Shown here: positions 24,301 to 37,800 of the stretch, piece by piece
How positions within the stretch are numbered: position 1 is the first letter of the stretch
Layout of the letters: each line of letters opens with the position of its first letter
The notes under the pieces: generated by a model
Told to the model about the DNA's origin: nothing
Database searches by the model: none
Seen by the model: only the letters and a program-made list of their open reading frames with translations
From: Azolla caroliniana
Taxonomy: Eukaryota > Plantae > Polypodiophyta
DNA: 64,000 nt
NCBI GenBank assembly: GCA_043228905.1
Contig: JBHGNT010000011.1
Span: 6,200,001-6,264,000, forward strand
Direction: 5' to 3'
Program-made: the position numbers and the translations under genes

Positions 24301-25249
24301 GGACCAAGTCGAAATACGGATGCTGAAGAAGGCTCTCAACCAGACCTTCTCAATGAAAGACTTGGGTCCGGCAAGGCAGATGCTGGGGATGCACATCATC
24401 TGGAACCGGTCAGCGAAGCAATTATGGCTGTCACAGGAGAAGTACGTGACAAAGGTGCTTCACCGGTTCAACATGTCAGAAGCGAAACCGGTCGGATCGA
24501 CACTTCCGGCAAATTGCAGGCTATCCGGTAAGCAAAGCCCGAAGACGAAAGCAGAGAAGGCGGATATGATGAAGATTCCATATGCCTCTGCCGTCGGGAG
24601 CTTAATGTACGCAATGGTTTGTACCTGACCGGACATAGGATACGCAGTCGGAGTGGTGAGCTGGTTCATGAGCAATCCCGGCAAGGAGTACTGGAACGCG
24701 GTCAAATGGATACTCCGGTATTTGAAGGGCACTTCAAATATGTGTCTCTGATTCGGCTTCGGAAAACCTCAACTTGACGGTTTCACCGATTCGGACATGT
24801 CGGCTGATGAGGATACTAGCCGGTCCACATCCGAGTATGTAATGACATATGCAGGGGGAGCTATTTCGTGGCAGTCGAGGCTGCAGAAGACGGTTGCGTT
24901 GTCAACCACAAAGGCGGAGTACATGGCGGCTGTGGAAGCCGGCAAGGAAATCTTATGGATGAAGGACTTCATTGGAGAGCTCGGTATCCGGCAAGACGAA
25001 TACCGGCTCTATTGCGACAGTCAAAGTGCCATCCACCTTGCTAAGAATGCTGCCTACCATTTCCAGACGAAACATATCCAGCGGAGGTACCACTGGATCC
25101 GGGAAAGAGTAGATGACCAGGAGTTCGCACTGACAAAGATCCACACGGCCGAGAACGGGTCAGATATGCTGACCAAAGGGCTGACACCCGACAAGCTGGA
25201 CGCATGCCGGAAGAGGATCGGACTGGTAAGATACCCCATGCCGGAGTGA
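21364..25249 (+). pseudogene. Copia B polyprotein (frameshift near 22765, stop at 24626)
   Basis: CFYCGKPGHFQKNC, WVVDSGAS, WHKRLCH, ADNGGEY, LYGLKQAPRQW, LYVDNM, TKHI. Confidence 0.92.
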
Positions 25250-25259
25250 AGGGGGAGTT

Positions 25260-25838
25260 TGTTGGGAGACAGGTCCCTCCGGATGGGAAGGGAGAAGAAC
25301 AATGCTGATGAATAAGCTCGGCCGAGGCCGAAACCGGATGAGGAGTACCCGGCTACGGAGAGCCGGATGGTGTAGACCCGGTATGAACTGGATGAGGAGA
25401 CATATTCATAAATATGTTTCTGAGAGTCCATCGAGGCTATATTTGTAAATAGCCGAAAAGTCATATTAGTATAAATATGACTTAGGGCAGTCTTTTAGAA
25501 GTGTGTTGTCATTTCCTTGTTGGTGCAAGAAGAAGAGAGAGCGCGTAATAGTGTACAGAGAGAGAGAGAAAGAAAGAGGTCGTTGCCTCTGTTGTAACCA
25601 CGGCCTGTGGCGAAGATTGTGAGCACGAGGTCGTTGCCTCCGTGAACTCACTGCTGTATATACTAACCTAGTGATAGTTTGCAGCCTGTGGGCTGCCGTG
25701 TTTTTTCCCCTTAGTTTGGGTTTTCCACGTTAAACTTCCTGCGTACCTTTTCTCTCCTTTGTGTCGTGCATTTACTTCCCGGCTTTTTTTTGTGTGTATG
25801 ATTCTAAGCTCGGTTGTGGCCGAGCGTTGTGCATAACG
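25260..25838 (+). repeat. Copia B 3' LTR
   Basis: Similar to Copia D LTR 59840-60491; ends TAACG (mutated CA). Confidence 0.85.
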
Positions 25839-26085
25839 AGCATTGAGTTCTCGTCATTAACATGTCCAAAGGAAGGAAGAGACCATACCATGTATAAGTA
25901 TTAACCTTCTTTCTTTACGAGGATTTTTATTGTTATCTTTACCCATAAAGCTTGGCTATGGATGTTCGGCACTGTTTCAGAACGTTGCTTGTAAAAGTAA
26001 GTTGTGAAAGCTTGTACACAACAAACTCAATTGGCTCAGTCGGATAACAATATACACAATTTAGGTATACACAAATGGTGGAGAC

Positions 26086-26124
<39 letters not shown>
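26086..26124. repeat. (CA)n microsatellite
   Basis: Direct observation. Confidence 0.95.
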
Positions 26125-26129
<5 letters not shown>

Positions 26130-26577
26130 GATTATATTATCGTCTTCGGAGGTCAAATATGTAATGTATCCCACTCAAGTAGAAAATCCTATTTAAGGCT
26201 TTAAGGTCAACACACTAACTAGATTCTATCTAGGTAACTACTAAGTTACGTATGTTGACTAACTAACTAAATCTAGTTGAGGTTGATATCTCAACACGCC
26301 CCCTCAAGCTCAAGTGTGAGGTGTCCGAAGTCCGGTTTGGCTTTCATCAGCTTCGGCCTTTCCGAGACAGTCTCGGTTCCTCCCCCTCAAACCGGCAACG
26401 AAGGCTTGTAGTGTGAAATGGGCGAAGGTCGAATGCTTCCACAAATTGTGGGTCATGAACCACTTCGGTAGAGCTCGCAGGCTCTTGTTTGGCCGCTACC
26501 TTCATCGCGAAGGCATAATGATGAGCCATATAGTTGTTGTAATCGAGTTGAGTGATGGGGTTCTTATCTCTAGATGA

Positions 26578-29500
26578 GTGTCCGCGCTCCACCTTCCCAT
26601 TCGCCTCCGGGTTGTACGCAGTGGTAAGCGAGAGCTTGACTCCTAGCCGGTCGAACAGCTCCTCGGCCTCTTCGGCGTCCAACTCCCCGCGATCAGCCAC
26701 GCATATCACGTCCTCGATCAGGAACCGACATACAGCCGCGGTCGTTTTGTTCTGAAGGGCTCGGCCTTCCACCTGGTTCGTCAGATCTTCCCGAGCCAGG
26801 ACCAGATACCGCATCTTTCCTACTCCCATCGGTATCGTCACCAGATCTACCATCCATTTGAAGTGGATGGTCGGAGGGTACGTAGGGTGAAGCTCATCCC
26901 GATGTCGGACTATGGAGTGCATCTGAAAGCTCTCGCAAGTTGTCACGAACCGATGCACGTCCCGGTACAGTCCTGGCCACCAGTACTTCCCCTTTATCTT
27001 CTCGAACGTGGCCCACGTTCCACGGTGTCCAGCCCAAGAGCTGTCGTGGTAGGCCGTCAGCAGCTCCTCCTGTTCTTCCTTCATCACCACCACCCGGAGC
27101 GGGACGCCGTTCCTCTTCTTCGGGTGCTTCCATAAGTATTTGTCCTGGAGAAAGAATCGGTATGCTTTCTTTCGGATCCGGTTGGCCTCGTCCCTCCTCC
27201 ACGACGCATCCGGCGTCATTGTCCTCAAGAAACCACCGATCTGGAGCCACTCGCCGTCGTACTTGCTCTCGTCGAAGCCGTTAAGCGCCGGAGTGCTCGT
27301 CCCATCGGTCGTCACGTACGCTGCCTCGAAGAAGTCCACGCCGACTTCTTCGTTCTCCGAAACCATGCCGCCCTCGTCATCAAACCTCGCCCTCGAAAGC
27401 ATGTCGGCCATGGTGTTGTCCTTTCCGGAAATGTGTCGTATTTCAGGGTCCAGGGACTTGATGTATGCTATCCACCTGAGCATCACCAGGTCCGGTGTCG
27501 CGCATCCGGAAACCATGCCGAGAATTGGGAGGCAATCCGTCTCGATAATCACTTCTGTCCCGATCAGGTATCCTTTGTCGGCCTTTACTGCCGAAACGAT
27601 ACCCCAGAGTTCGCGTTTAACCTGGGCGTACCCTCGTTGTCGCTCACTGAGGACCTTCGCGCCGAATCGGATCGGGAACCGAATGCCGTCCTCGTCTTCT
27701 TGGTTGAATACCCATCCGATCCCAGTCGGACTCGTATCCACCGTTATGTATACCGGGGTACCCTTCTCGTAGACAGCCTTCCGGAGCGCCGGTGCTGCCG
27801 CAAGAGCTTCCTTCAGCTTCCGGACCGACTCCGTGTGCTCGTCTCGCCACTCGAATTTTCGCCCTTTCTTCAGCAACCCGTATAGCGGCTCCGCAACGTG
27901 GGCGTAATGCGGGATCCATATGTGGTAGAATGCGCACGCCCCCAGGAACCTCCGAACTTCCGTAACCGAGCTATAATCGGTCTTCATCGCGGAGATGGCT
28001 TCTACTTTTGCCGGAGACGGCTTCCGGCCATATGGTCCGCATAGGTGTCCGACCACCAGGATTTTTGATTGCCCGAAGGCCGATTTCTCCCCGGAGAAGG
28101 TGAGCCTCGCAACCTCTAGCCTTTGTAGCACCTTCTCGCAGTCGTCGATGTGTGTTGCCACGAAACCGGTCTTCCTCCGCCGGCAATAGGAACCCGCCCC
28201 CACCGATTTTGAGCTCCCGGAGCGTCCCGTCGGTGAAGGTGTGTCCTATGCAGACCGGATCTCGTAAACTGGGGTCTGACGCAACCCCTCTGATTCGGGA
28301 CTTGCTGCCCTCCGGTAAGGGTGCCGCGACTGGCCTTACCTTCCGGTCCACCGTCTTGTACTTCGTGCTAACCCAGGCTGTCCGGTCTGACCCGAGCCCT
28401 TGACTGAAGTTTGCGATGACTTCGTACATCTCTTCGGAACATACCGGTATCGTCCGGTCTTCGTTAAGGTCTTCTCCGGCTACCTCCCTCAGCATTCCCA
28501 AGGTGTTGTCGAAGGAGACCGCCTCCACGGCTCCGCTGATTTCCTTGTCCGGGCCGAGAACTCCACACGCTCGAAGTCGCTCCCTTGCCTTTTCTCGGCC
28601 AACGATGCCAACTATCATACACCCTCCGTCGTTGGAGAAGAAATTTTTTCTACCTATCGTATAAGGTTTCTTCGGTTTTGGTTCTATCGTACAACTGTGG
28701 GGTCTTTCCCGAGTGTCCGGACTGTCTCGGCCCCACGCCTTGGCAGCCCTCTCTAAAAATCCTCCCGGTTCTCGCCACTGAGGGATTCGCGGTTTCGCTC
28801 GTGGTTCGGCCGCACCGTCAGAAATTGGACCAAATGGCGCCCGTCCTGGCTTTTGACCCTCGCGTAGGCCGAACCGTTGTCCAGCACCTTGGTCTCCATT
28901 CGCGCCGCCGTGATGTATGGTTCCCCTAATATGACTGGGTGCGAGGACGTCTCCTGTACGAAGAAGTGCTGGTCAATCTCGACGTCGTCGATCTTGACTC
29001 GCACGTTCGGGCAGGCCCCGTGCAGTTCCTCGGTGGCGCGCGTCGCCGCCCGTATCTTCCACCCATGCTTGGTGTTGATCGGCCACTTTCCCTTCTTATA
29101 GAAGTCCATGGACATCAGGTTTATTTCCGAACCGTGGTCCACCAGTGCCACCACCGGTTCCTGAATATCTCCGATCTTTACCGGGGTCTCCATGGTCGCT
29201 CGGGCCCAGTGTGGCCTCGAATAGTGGCTCTCCGCCCACTCATCTTCCAGCGCCAAGTCGTCAATGTGCGTCGTCCGCACCTCCACCGGTCTTTCCGGTT
29301 CCGTCTCCGTCGACAACCTCTTCCGCTTCACCAAGTCCACAATGGAGTCGTGGAACTCCTTCTTAGCGATCCCCAGCACCTCCCGCAATGACAGCTCCAC
29401 TTTGCTGTCGAGGATCCGTTCTTCTAGGACCTTTCGTAGGTCCGTGGTCCTTTCTATTTCCGTCCCCAGTCGGTATCCGCCCTTCTTGGGGTTATCTTGC

Positions 29501-31555
29501 GCGCTGGACCCACCGGCATCGTTCCGTCATTGCCCGGATCGGGTCTCGTATCGTTGTGAGGGCCTGGCCGCTCCGGCTTTCCCTACTTGTTTGTCTTCTA
29601 CCAGAGCCTCGTAGTTCCGGCAAGCGGCTTCTACGAAGCCCGTCTTCTCTTCGACCGGGTCGCTCCACCCGGTTATTTCCCGGACCCGTCTCTCAGCGCG
29701 GTCCGCTTCATCTTTCCTCAGCCGTGCGCCGGCGAGGCCTTCTAGCATTGCCGACTAGAATCCGTCTTTGCTCTCCTTTCAGGCCTCGCTGCCCCCGACC
29801 CGAATACCGGCCGACACCGAGTAGTGGATGGCCTCCACGTGTCGGGCCGCCGCCTCTTCCATCAGTCTCTTCATACCTCCTCGCCCGTCGTTCTGGTTTA
29901 GGGCCCTTCTGGTATCGCCGGCGTGCACCCGGCCTTCCCATAGGTACACCACCCGGTTCCTCAACGCCTCTGTGAAATCGCCGCAGTCCTTCCGAATGTG
30001 GCCGACCTCGTTGCACCACATGCACCTGTTCCCTGCTACCGGCCGTCGGTCACGAGCCGGTTCGCCGCCGTCTGGGCGATCTGGAGATCCTTTATCGCCC
30101 GTGTCAACTCCTCCAGCGCTGCTCCTCCGGACGAGTCGTTGACCATGCCGGTCGGAGCCGACCCGGTTTCGAGCCACTCCCGGGCTTCTGCCCTTCGCCC
30201 TTGCGGTGCCGGTTCAAGCCTCCTTGCTGTGATAGAGCCCGCACCGGCCGCCCCGTTATCAGCCCAATCTCGTCGTTTGTCGAAACGGCCACAGACTCTC
30301 TTAACCACAGCCCAGTCGGTCGTCAGCCCGTCTTCGGTTTCCAGCAAGGAGCCGACTTGATCCCGGTCCCGCTCGTCCACCGACTTGACGAACAGTAGGA
30401 CCCGGCTCGTATCCAAAATGGTTCAGTCAAGCGCCGAAAGGCGCGCAAAGCGTTCTTCAAACTCCCGGAGGAGCGCCGACGCGTTTCTTCCCTTGCCGGG
30501 GGACTCCACCCATTCCATGAAGTCCCGTTTCGAAAGCCGGAGCGCGTCGTCCAGCCCGTATTTGTCTAGGAGTCGGCCTTCGAACTCCTCCCAGGTACGG
30601 CTCTCCGCCCGTACCTCGAGCACCTCCGCATGGATGCTCGGCATCGCCACTCGAGGGAATCCGGCAAGACGCCTCTCTTCCGGAATGTCCCGCATCAGCA
30701 TTTCTGCCCCATAGGACGCCAAATACTTCGTGGCATCCTTTCCGCTGAACCGGCCGATCGTACCGACGACCGCCTCAATGGCTCTGTCGAGGGCGCCGGT
30801 GCCCTCGTGTGCGCTCAATATCCGATCCACGGCCGAAGCCATGGCCTCTACAAGATCCGACCCCCTCATCTTCTGCTCTTCTGCCGCTTCTTTCACGTCG
30901 GGTTCACCAAGATGTCGAGGTATTCCTCGCGGATGCGTGGAATGAGGCGGGGCCTCGGGGGTCTTGTATCGAAGAGCAAGAGACAAAGGAGAAGGGAAGG
31001 GACCCACTACGTGTGGGCGTAGATTCACAGGGACACGGCCCTTCGACACAAAGACGCGAGTGGGACACAACGCAGAGAGACACGAATGTATGTATATATA
31101 TATTAACAAGGAAAAACAACAAGAAGCACGAAGTCGGTTACAACCGAACAGGCCAGCGAATAGATGCCGATGCCTGTTCGTAAACGCTCAGAAAGAAAGG
31201 AGTAGGTTGGAGGTGCTGCTGGAAGCACTCGAGCATTCCTCAGAGCAGCGCGAGCCTCCCGAAACCCTGCGCAAAAAGAAGCTACGGAGTATGGAAGAGA
31301 GAGAATCCTTCGGTCCACAACCCGACAACACTTCGTCCTCTCTAACCGCGATCCGACACTCCTCCTCGTCTCCCTCCTTTTATAGGCAAGAAAGGAGCTG
31401 TTTCCCATTAACTTCCTACCTACCGAATCTACCTACCGAGGATCTTCTATGTACCTAATTCTCTCTTATGTACTACATAAGACGCACGTGCATGAAGAGC
31501 CGGTTCCTACGCTCCGGTGCACCGATTCCGCTTGTGGACGGTTTTCTTCACGATA
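26578..31555 (-). mobile_element. G3: tRNA-Trp-primed Ty3/Gypsy, 3'-truncated, RT core deleted
   Basis: 5' LTR 30913-31555; gag with CMWCNEVGHIRKDC, protease LVDHGSE, RNase H VDTSP, integrase to NGKVERGH, then an abrupt switch to Copia A sequence; deletion junction near 28163. Confidence 0.88.
30892..30909 (-). promoter_or_regulatory. G3 PBS TGGTGAACCCGACGTGAA (tRNA-Trp)
   Basis: 18-nt complement of the remembered plant tRNA-Trp 3' end, 3 nt after the LTR end CA. Confidence 0.88.
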
Positions 31556-33200
31556 ACGTGTAGCGAGAGTAGTCATTGATGAAGGTGACGTAGTATCAGT
31601 ATCCATCGATCGTCAACATTTGAGCCGGTCCCCGTACATCCGAATGTATGACGTCGAGAAGTCCTTTGCTTTCGTAGCTTTCCTTCGAGAATGGGAGTCG
31701 ATGTTGTTTGCCAAGTTGGCATGCTTCGTATAGTCGGTCGACTCGTTTCAACTCAAAGGCCGGAAATCCGATTACGACTCCCTTTGATTGCATAACTTAT
31801 AGCCTTTGGAGGTTGATTGGCTGATTCTCGTCTGCCGCAACTCGATGTTCGTCTTGGTTTTGAAACCTTTGGCATACATGGACGATTTCACCTCGTTCGA
31901 ATCGAGAATGAACATTTGACCGTCTCTTCGTCCCTTGGCTATGAGTCGGCCATCTTTGATGAAGCATCCTTTGTTGTTGAAACGAACTTGCATGCCTTGC
32001 TCGATTTGATCGACTGAGACCAAATTCTTTGTTATTGTGGGCATATGAAAGACATTCTTGATCCTATTGTTTTGGTCTTCATTGCCGAATAAAACGTTGC
32101 CGATGTGTGTCGAATGGGATGTGTGGTGTCGTCTCCTGTCTCTATGAAGCCATGTCGATCCAACATTCTTAAGTAATGAAACCACTATTGGTGTGATGTC
32201 ATATGATGAGAGGCATCGGAGTCGACAAACCACACGTCTACTGAGTTTGAGGTGCTTGTGGAGTCGGAGGCTGTCATAGAGTTCGCGCTATGTCTCATTT
32301 CGAATAGTCCACTGTAGTTATCGTATTCGGAGTTGGTGGTGTAGTTTGTGAGTTGTCGGCTTGTCGAAGCCGACTCACTTCTCTTCTTCCGACATTCCTC
32401 TTCACGGTGGCCGATTTTACCACAATAGTTGCAAGTAGTGGGCCACATTTGCCGACCTTGTTAAGTATGGAAGCTCCCCCTTCTTCCGAAGGTTCCTCGA
32501 TGGCTTTCGTCTTGTAGTCGAAGGTTTGAGTTCCCTTCATGAGATGGGTCGAATCGACCTCTTCTACCGCCTCGATCTCGTCGTTGGCCATCATCCAAAT
32601 TCGAAAAGAACATTTGTCCTTTTGACGTCTTGGTCTTGGTTCGGACATGGTTCTCTTCAACCAATAACATTGATTAAAGGTGAAAGAAGGAAGGAGGGTG
32701 TTCCCTCGCCAAGATTGCCATCCTCAACGAGTCGAATCGTTGTGCGAGGCCGCCTAAGCATACTTGAACCATGTCGTCTTCATCGACGTTTATGTTGATG
32801 GAGTCAAGCGAGTCGCAAATGCTCAAGTCCGACACTGACATATCTTTTTGTCGTATTTTGTTCAACTCTTGCCGGAGTTCAAGCTTGCGTGTCGTCGTAT
32901 TGGTGATAGAAGTCTTCTTGAGATTCTTCCACACCTCTTTAGGCGTCTTGGCGTCTCGAATGTGGCTAAGCATGTGATCGTGGACACATGTTGTCAACCA
33001 ATACATGACTCGACTTGTCGCTTGCTCCCATGTTGCGTAATTAGCGTTCTTTGGGTCGTGTCGATTTTCTTGTGGATCGTTGATATAGCTCCAATAACCT
33101 TGGCCGAAAGGTATTGGTTCATCTTGTACTCCCAAGATGAATAATTGTTGCGGTCTAGCTTTTCACTAGGGGCAACGAGCTACCCATTTGTGTGTTCATA
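31556..33200 (-). pseudogene. Copia A gag, protease and integrase start (fragmented)
   Basis: CNYCGKIGHREEEC, WFVDSDASHHM, EACQLGKQHRLPF, IHSDV, YYVTFINDYSRYT. Confidence 0.88.
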
Positions 33201-33420
33201 TTGATGTAGTCTCGTCCTCCTTGGCTTTTCTTCCTTTGGTCACATACACGTGCTACGTAGCGGCACTATGGTGGCGAATAATCGGATTTGTTGTCGGCGT
33301 CTTAAACACACAATCACGAAGCGTCGGGTGGGCTTAGTGGATGTTCTAAATCACATGCTCTATTACCATGTTAATAATTAGATAATTAATTAGGCTTAAT
33401 AAGCGACTAATTATGTGCGT

Positions 33421-34708
33421 TGTTGTGAAGATTTTCGGCAACGGTGTGAAAATTGCATGGAACGTACAAAATCGAGTGTGGTTCTTCACACACAATATGA
33501 AACAATAATAATTTAAATAAGTTTAATATCTTTGTACAAAAAGATGGAAATCATGACGAGCTTTTGAATGCACTTTGGTACATAACAAACAGACATCTGA
33601 GTGTCAAGTTATGTGGGTATGAAGTTTGCAAAGAAAAAGAGAAAAATAAAAACATAGTGTGAGATATCCCACATAGACAGGACAAATAAGGATCTCAGCA
33701 TATATAAGGAAGAGCAAAAGATATTATCTTTGCGTTAATGTGTGGAGAATAGAAAGGATGAGTTGAATGACTTGACAAATGGATATAACCAAGTTCATTG
33801 ATGATGGCATCCGACGACCTCGCAATGCGGATCGAATTGGGCCAAACCAAATGGATGCAAATCGGACGGATTGGTCGGGTCGGTTATTTGCGGTGCATGG
33901 TGTTTTAAACATATTTGGTCCAAAAGCCTAATAGTATTTTGTACTTTAAAAGGGATGTAAGCAAGACTTGAACCTTGAACCTCCAATATAGGAGGCAATA
34001 AACTTATCACTAAGCTATGTCATTTCCTTAGAAATGCTTTTCTTATCATTATAGTTTTACATGTAAATTCTCATATTAGAGCTTGATTGAGTGACATGTG
34101 ATGCATGAGCGCCAAATAGCAAACATGCATTCCATACATTGTATGCATGTTTTGTACCCTCACATGCATCATATGCACGGGAGCATCTATAAAAGGGTGG
34201 ATGAAAAAGATCAAAGGGAGCGAGGTATTAATTAAGAAATTAAAAGTAAGAAATTCATTATCTAATTAATGTATCAATCTTGTTCTTTAAATCTAAAGTC
34301 AAGAGTTCAATCTTAATCTCTCTCAATCTAAAGTCAAGCATTCTATCATATCTCAATCTCTCTCTCTCAATCTATCTTAAATGCTTTCTCGTTAAAGCTA
34401 GTGCGTACTTCGAGTCCTTCCGGTTTAGAACCCCGACAGTTCTGCCTCACGATCCGCCTCAAGAAATTAAAAGTAAGAAATTCATTATCTAATTAATGTA
34501 TCAATCTTGTTCTTTAAATCTAAAGTCAAGAGTTCAATCTTAATCTCTCTCAATCTAAAGTCAAGCATTCTATCATATCTCAATCTCTCTCTCTCAATCT
34601 ATCTGAAATGCTTTCTCGTTAAAGCTAGTGCGTACTTCGAGTCCTTCCGGTTTAGAACCCCGGCAGTTCCGCCTCACGATCCGCACATAGTGACAGATAT
34701 TCAAGACA
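33421..34708 (+). repeat. G4 5' LTR with an internal 227-bp tandem duplication (~34232-34685)
   Basis: Duplicate shadow ORFs at 34280 and 34507; the 3' LTR has one copy. Confidence 0.9.
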
Positions 34709-34870
34709 TAATTAAGTGGTGAACCCAACGTGAAAGAGGCGGCAGGAAGGATCAAATCGAGGATCAACTGATACTTGGAGATGACATCCTCAAGCAACCA
34801 AGCGGGAGAGTACGAAAGGATGATGCTAATTGTCGAACAAATGATGAGATCTTGAGAGTACGATGCGAGC

Positions 34871-37800
34871 GTGGAGAAGGCTGTCGATCGTGTCGTTGAG
34901 CTCGAGGGTCAATTTGATGGAAGGAACATTACGAAGTTCCTTGATGCATACAAAAGGGACATGAATCAAAGGGACGTGTCTGAAGCATGTCAAATCACAA
35001 GCTTCAAGAGAGTAGTCGCATACAACACCCAAAGGCGTGTCATCAAGCTTCAAGAAGGGAAGAATACGTGGTCGGAGTTCAAGAAAGCGATATTAGCAAA
35101 GTTCGCGACAGAAGATTTGTTGAGGATGACTCGGCATGCCTTGATGAAGTGGATAGAAAAGAAGAATAAGAAGATGAGCGCCTCGAGGGTGTATGATGAA
35201 TTCGACCAAATGTTTCGTCGTCTCCTCGCCACAGACCAAGTGCTACTTGAGGAGGACAAAACTTTGTACTTCCTAAAGGCTGTGGATATAAAGGATAGAC
35301 GAGAACTGGGTACTCTCCTCGAAGATGATACCCAAGCGAATGGGCTTGTGGCATACAGGGTCGCAGTGAAGCAAGCATGCAATAGGGTCGACAAGCGTTG
35401 TCAGTGGGTTGATGACACCGACTTGGTGGGATCGACTGTCATGGAGAAAACAAGACAACTGAAAGTAGCTGAGCCACCCAAACAAAGCAGCCTGGAAGAA
35501 AAGAAGATTGATGACGACATCATCGAAGAGCTAGCGGAGAATGCTTTAGATGCGTGTGGTGCGATAGCATGGACCACATGAGAAGGGATTGCGCTAGCCT
35601 TCGAGAGGCGATTCGACAAAATATCGTATACATGGATGACAACATGATGTGCTTGACTGAAACTCGAAGATCCCTGTGGGTGAATTTCGGAAGAGGGGGA
35701 ATGAAGAAATCTATGGAAGATGCTAAGGCGACTCATGTGGATGCGATGCACTATGCTGCAACGACTGGAATTAGAGTCGGAAAAGATAAAAATGAAGCTG
35801 CTAGAACAGGAACAAAGTTTTGGTCTACCGTTTTCGAGTATGAGAAGAAGGGAAAAGTCTCTTCGAACGAGGTAGAGCTTGCGGATCGAAGTGTACAAAG
35901 TATAATCAGATGGTTGGATCTGGTATATGACTACACCATACTCGCGGAAGTGATGTGTGACAACCACGAGGTGTTCGTGGATGAAAAGAGAAAAAGAATG
36001 GAAGGGCAAGATAGCCCACCAAAAAGACACGAAATAAGGAACATGAAGAAGAAAGAAGATGCAGAAGCAACTCGAGCTTTACAAACGGAGGATGGAGACT
36101 CAAGCCAGAAAGAAGAGTCAAGCAAACGAGTCGACCCGTGAAGGTTGGTGTTGAAGACCCCGCTCGGAAGACAAGAACTATGCCTACCTATAAGCTAAGG
36201 TCGGACATAGAGCAGACGACAGCCTTGAATAAGATTCCCGAGGAACGTGTTCTTGATAGCCACGTCACTTTGTCCTTGAGGGAATTACTCGGCATTATGA
36301 AGGAGTTCCATGACACGATCATGGACCTTGTAAAGAGAAAACGGCAACAATCGGACGAGGAAGAAGAGAAGCCACAAAAAGAAAAAAGAAATGCCATAAC
36401 GATGGCAAGGGACGAAGTCGGTGAAGATATGGTGGACAACCACTATACTCGACCTCATTGGGCATGAGCGACAACGGAGATGCCGGTGAAGATCGGGGAG
36501 AAGAAAGAGACCGTGGTAGCCTTGATCGACCATGGCTCCGAAATCAACCTTATGTCAACTGAAGTCTACAGGAAGGGAAGATGGCCCATAAATACAAATC
36601 ATGGGTGGAAGATCCGTGCTGCTCCGAAAGCTACCAAAGACTTGTATGGGGCATGTCTTAACATCCCCATCACGATTGGCGATGTCGAGATAGATCAACA
36701 TTTTTTTGTTCAAAACTCGGCGTCCCATCCCATCATTCTTGGGCAACCGTATATAACATCATCACGGATGGAAACCAAAGTGTTCGACAATGGTGCGACA
36801 TTTGCTCGAGTAAGGAGTCTTGATGGGAAGAAGGACATACAATTCTTGATTGTACGTGTCAACCATGAAAGGAATCAGGATTGTCTTGGAGAAGATGCTT
36901 CGGATTTTTAGAGCGGACTATTGAAGCATGGGGCACAAATAGTCTGAGCAATCACAAGTCCCCACAAGAAAATAGAGCGCGTGGATTGCAAGGAGAAGCA
37001 ACATGTGTCACACCTAGTGGCACATGTAAACTAGTACTACCTGACAAGAAGGACAAGCGTCGGATACAAGACTTCGAGAAGATGCTGAAAGAAGAAAACA
37101 TAATAGAAGAAGAAGAGTTCGTGACTCATATTATGGAAGAAGCCCCATTTAACGACACCATCGGCGAAATCGAGGAAGTCGTGGACTTGAGCTATCTTCA
37201 CGATCAACACGTGATTTCGGTTAACTCCATCAACATGTACGCTATCATCGATGAATATCATCGAAACATCTTGATGAAGGAAGCTGGCATCAACACAAAA
37301 TATAAAACGATGGATAAGAAAATCAAGCTAGTTGTGGTTCCGCTACCAGAAGATAGCTGGCAAAAGATGAAGGAAGTCGCTAACAATCCAAGCTTAAGAG
37401 ATCCGAAGACAATAGGTCATGTCTTCACCGAAGAGACGAAGGGAAAGCTATGAGTTGGAAGGGAGGATTTCCTCCTCCTTGAAGAAGAGTGAATGTTTCG
37501 CAACATGCTTGAGAGACAATGGAAGGCTTTCGCATTTTTCCCACAAGAAATCGGATGTGTTGATCCAAGGACGATAGAGCCGATGGTGATCTTCACGGTG
37601 CCGCACGTACCTTGGAATTTGAAACCGATACCGGTTTCGAGAGCACACCTACCGAAGCTGATCGAGCTCTTAAAGGAGAAGGTGAATATGGGAATTCTAG
37701 AATCGTCGAATGCTCCTTATTCTAATAGGTGGTTCACGATGCTGAAGAAGAATGTATCATTGCGATTCATCCAAGATCTGTCAACAAGGTGACAATTCAG

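Larger units (their letters stand above)
21364..25838 (+). mobile_element. Copia B (Tnt1/Tork-like), 3' part; 5' part lies upstream of the window
   Basis: gag-PR-INT-RT-RH order; PPT GAAGGGGGAG then LTR starting TGTTGGG at 25260. Confidence 0.92.

Noticed and set aside
25839-26160. Possible host gene remnant between Copia B and Copia A
   Set aside because: Short AT-rich spacer with a microsatellite and no credible ORF or splice structure.
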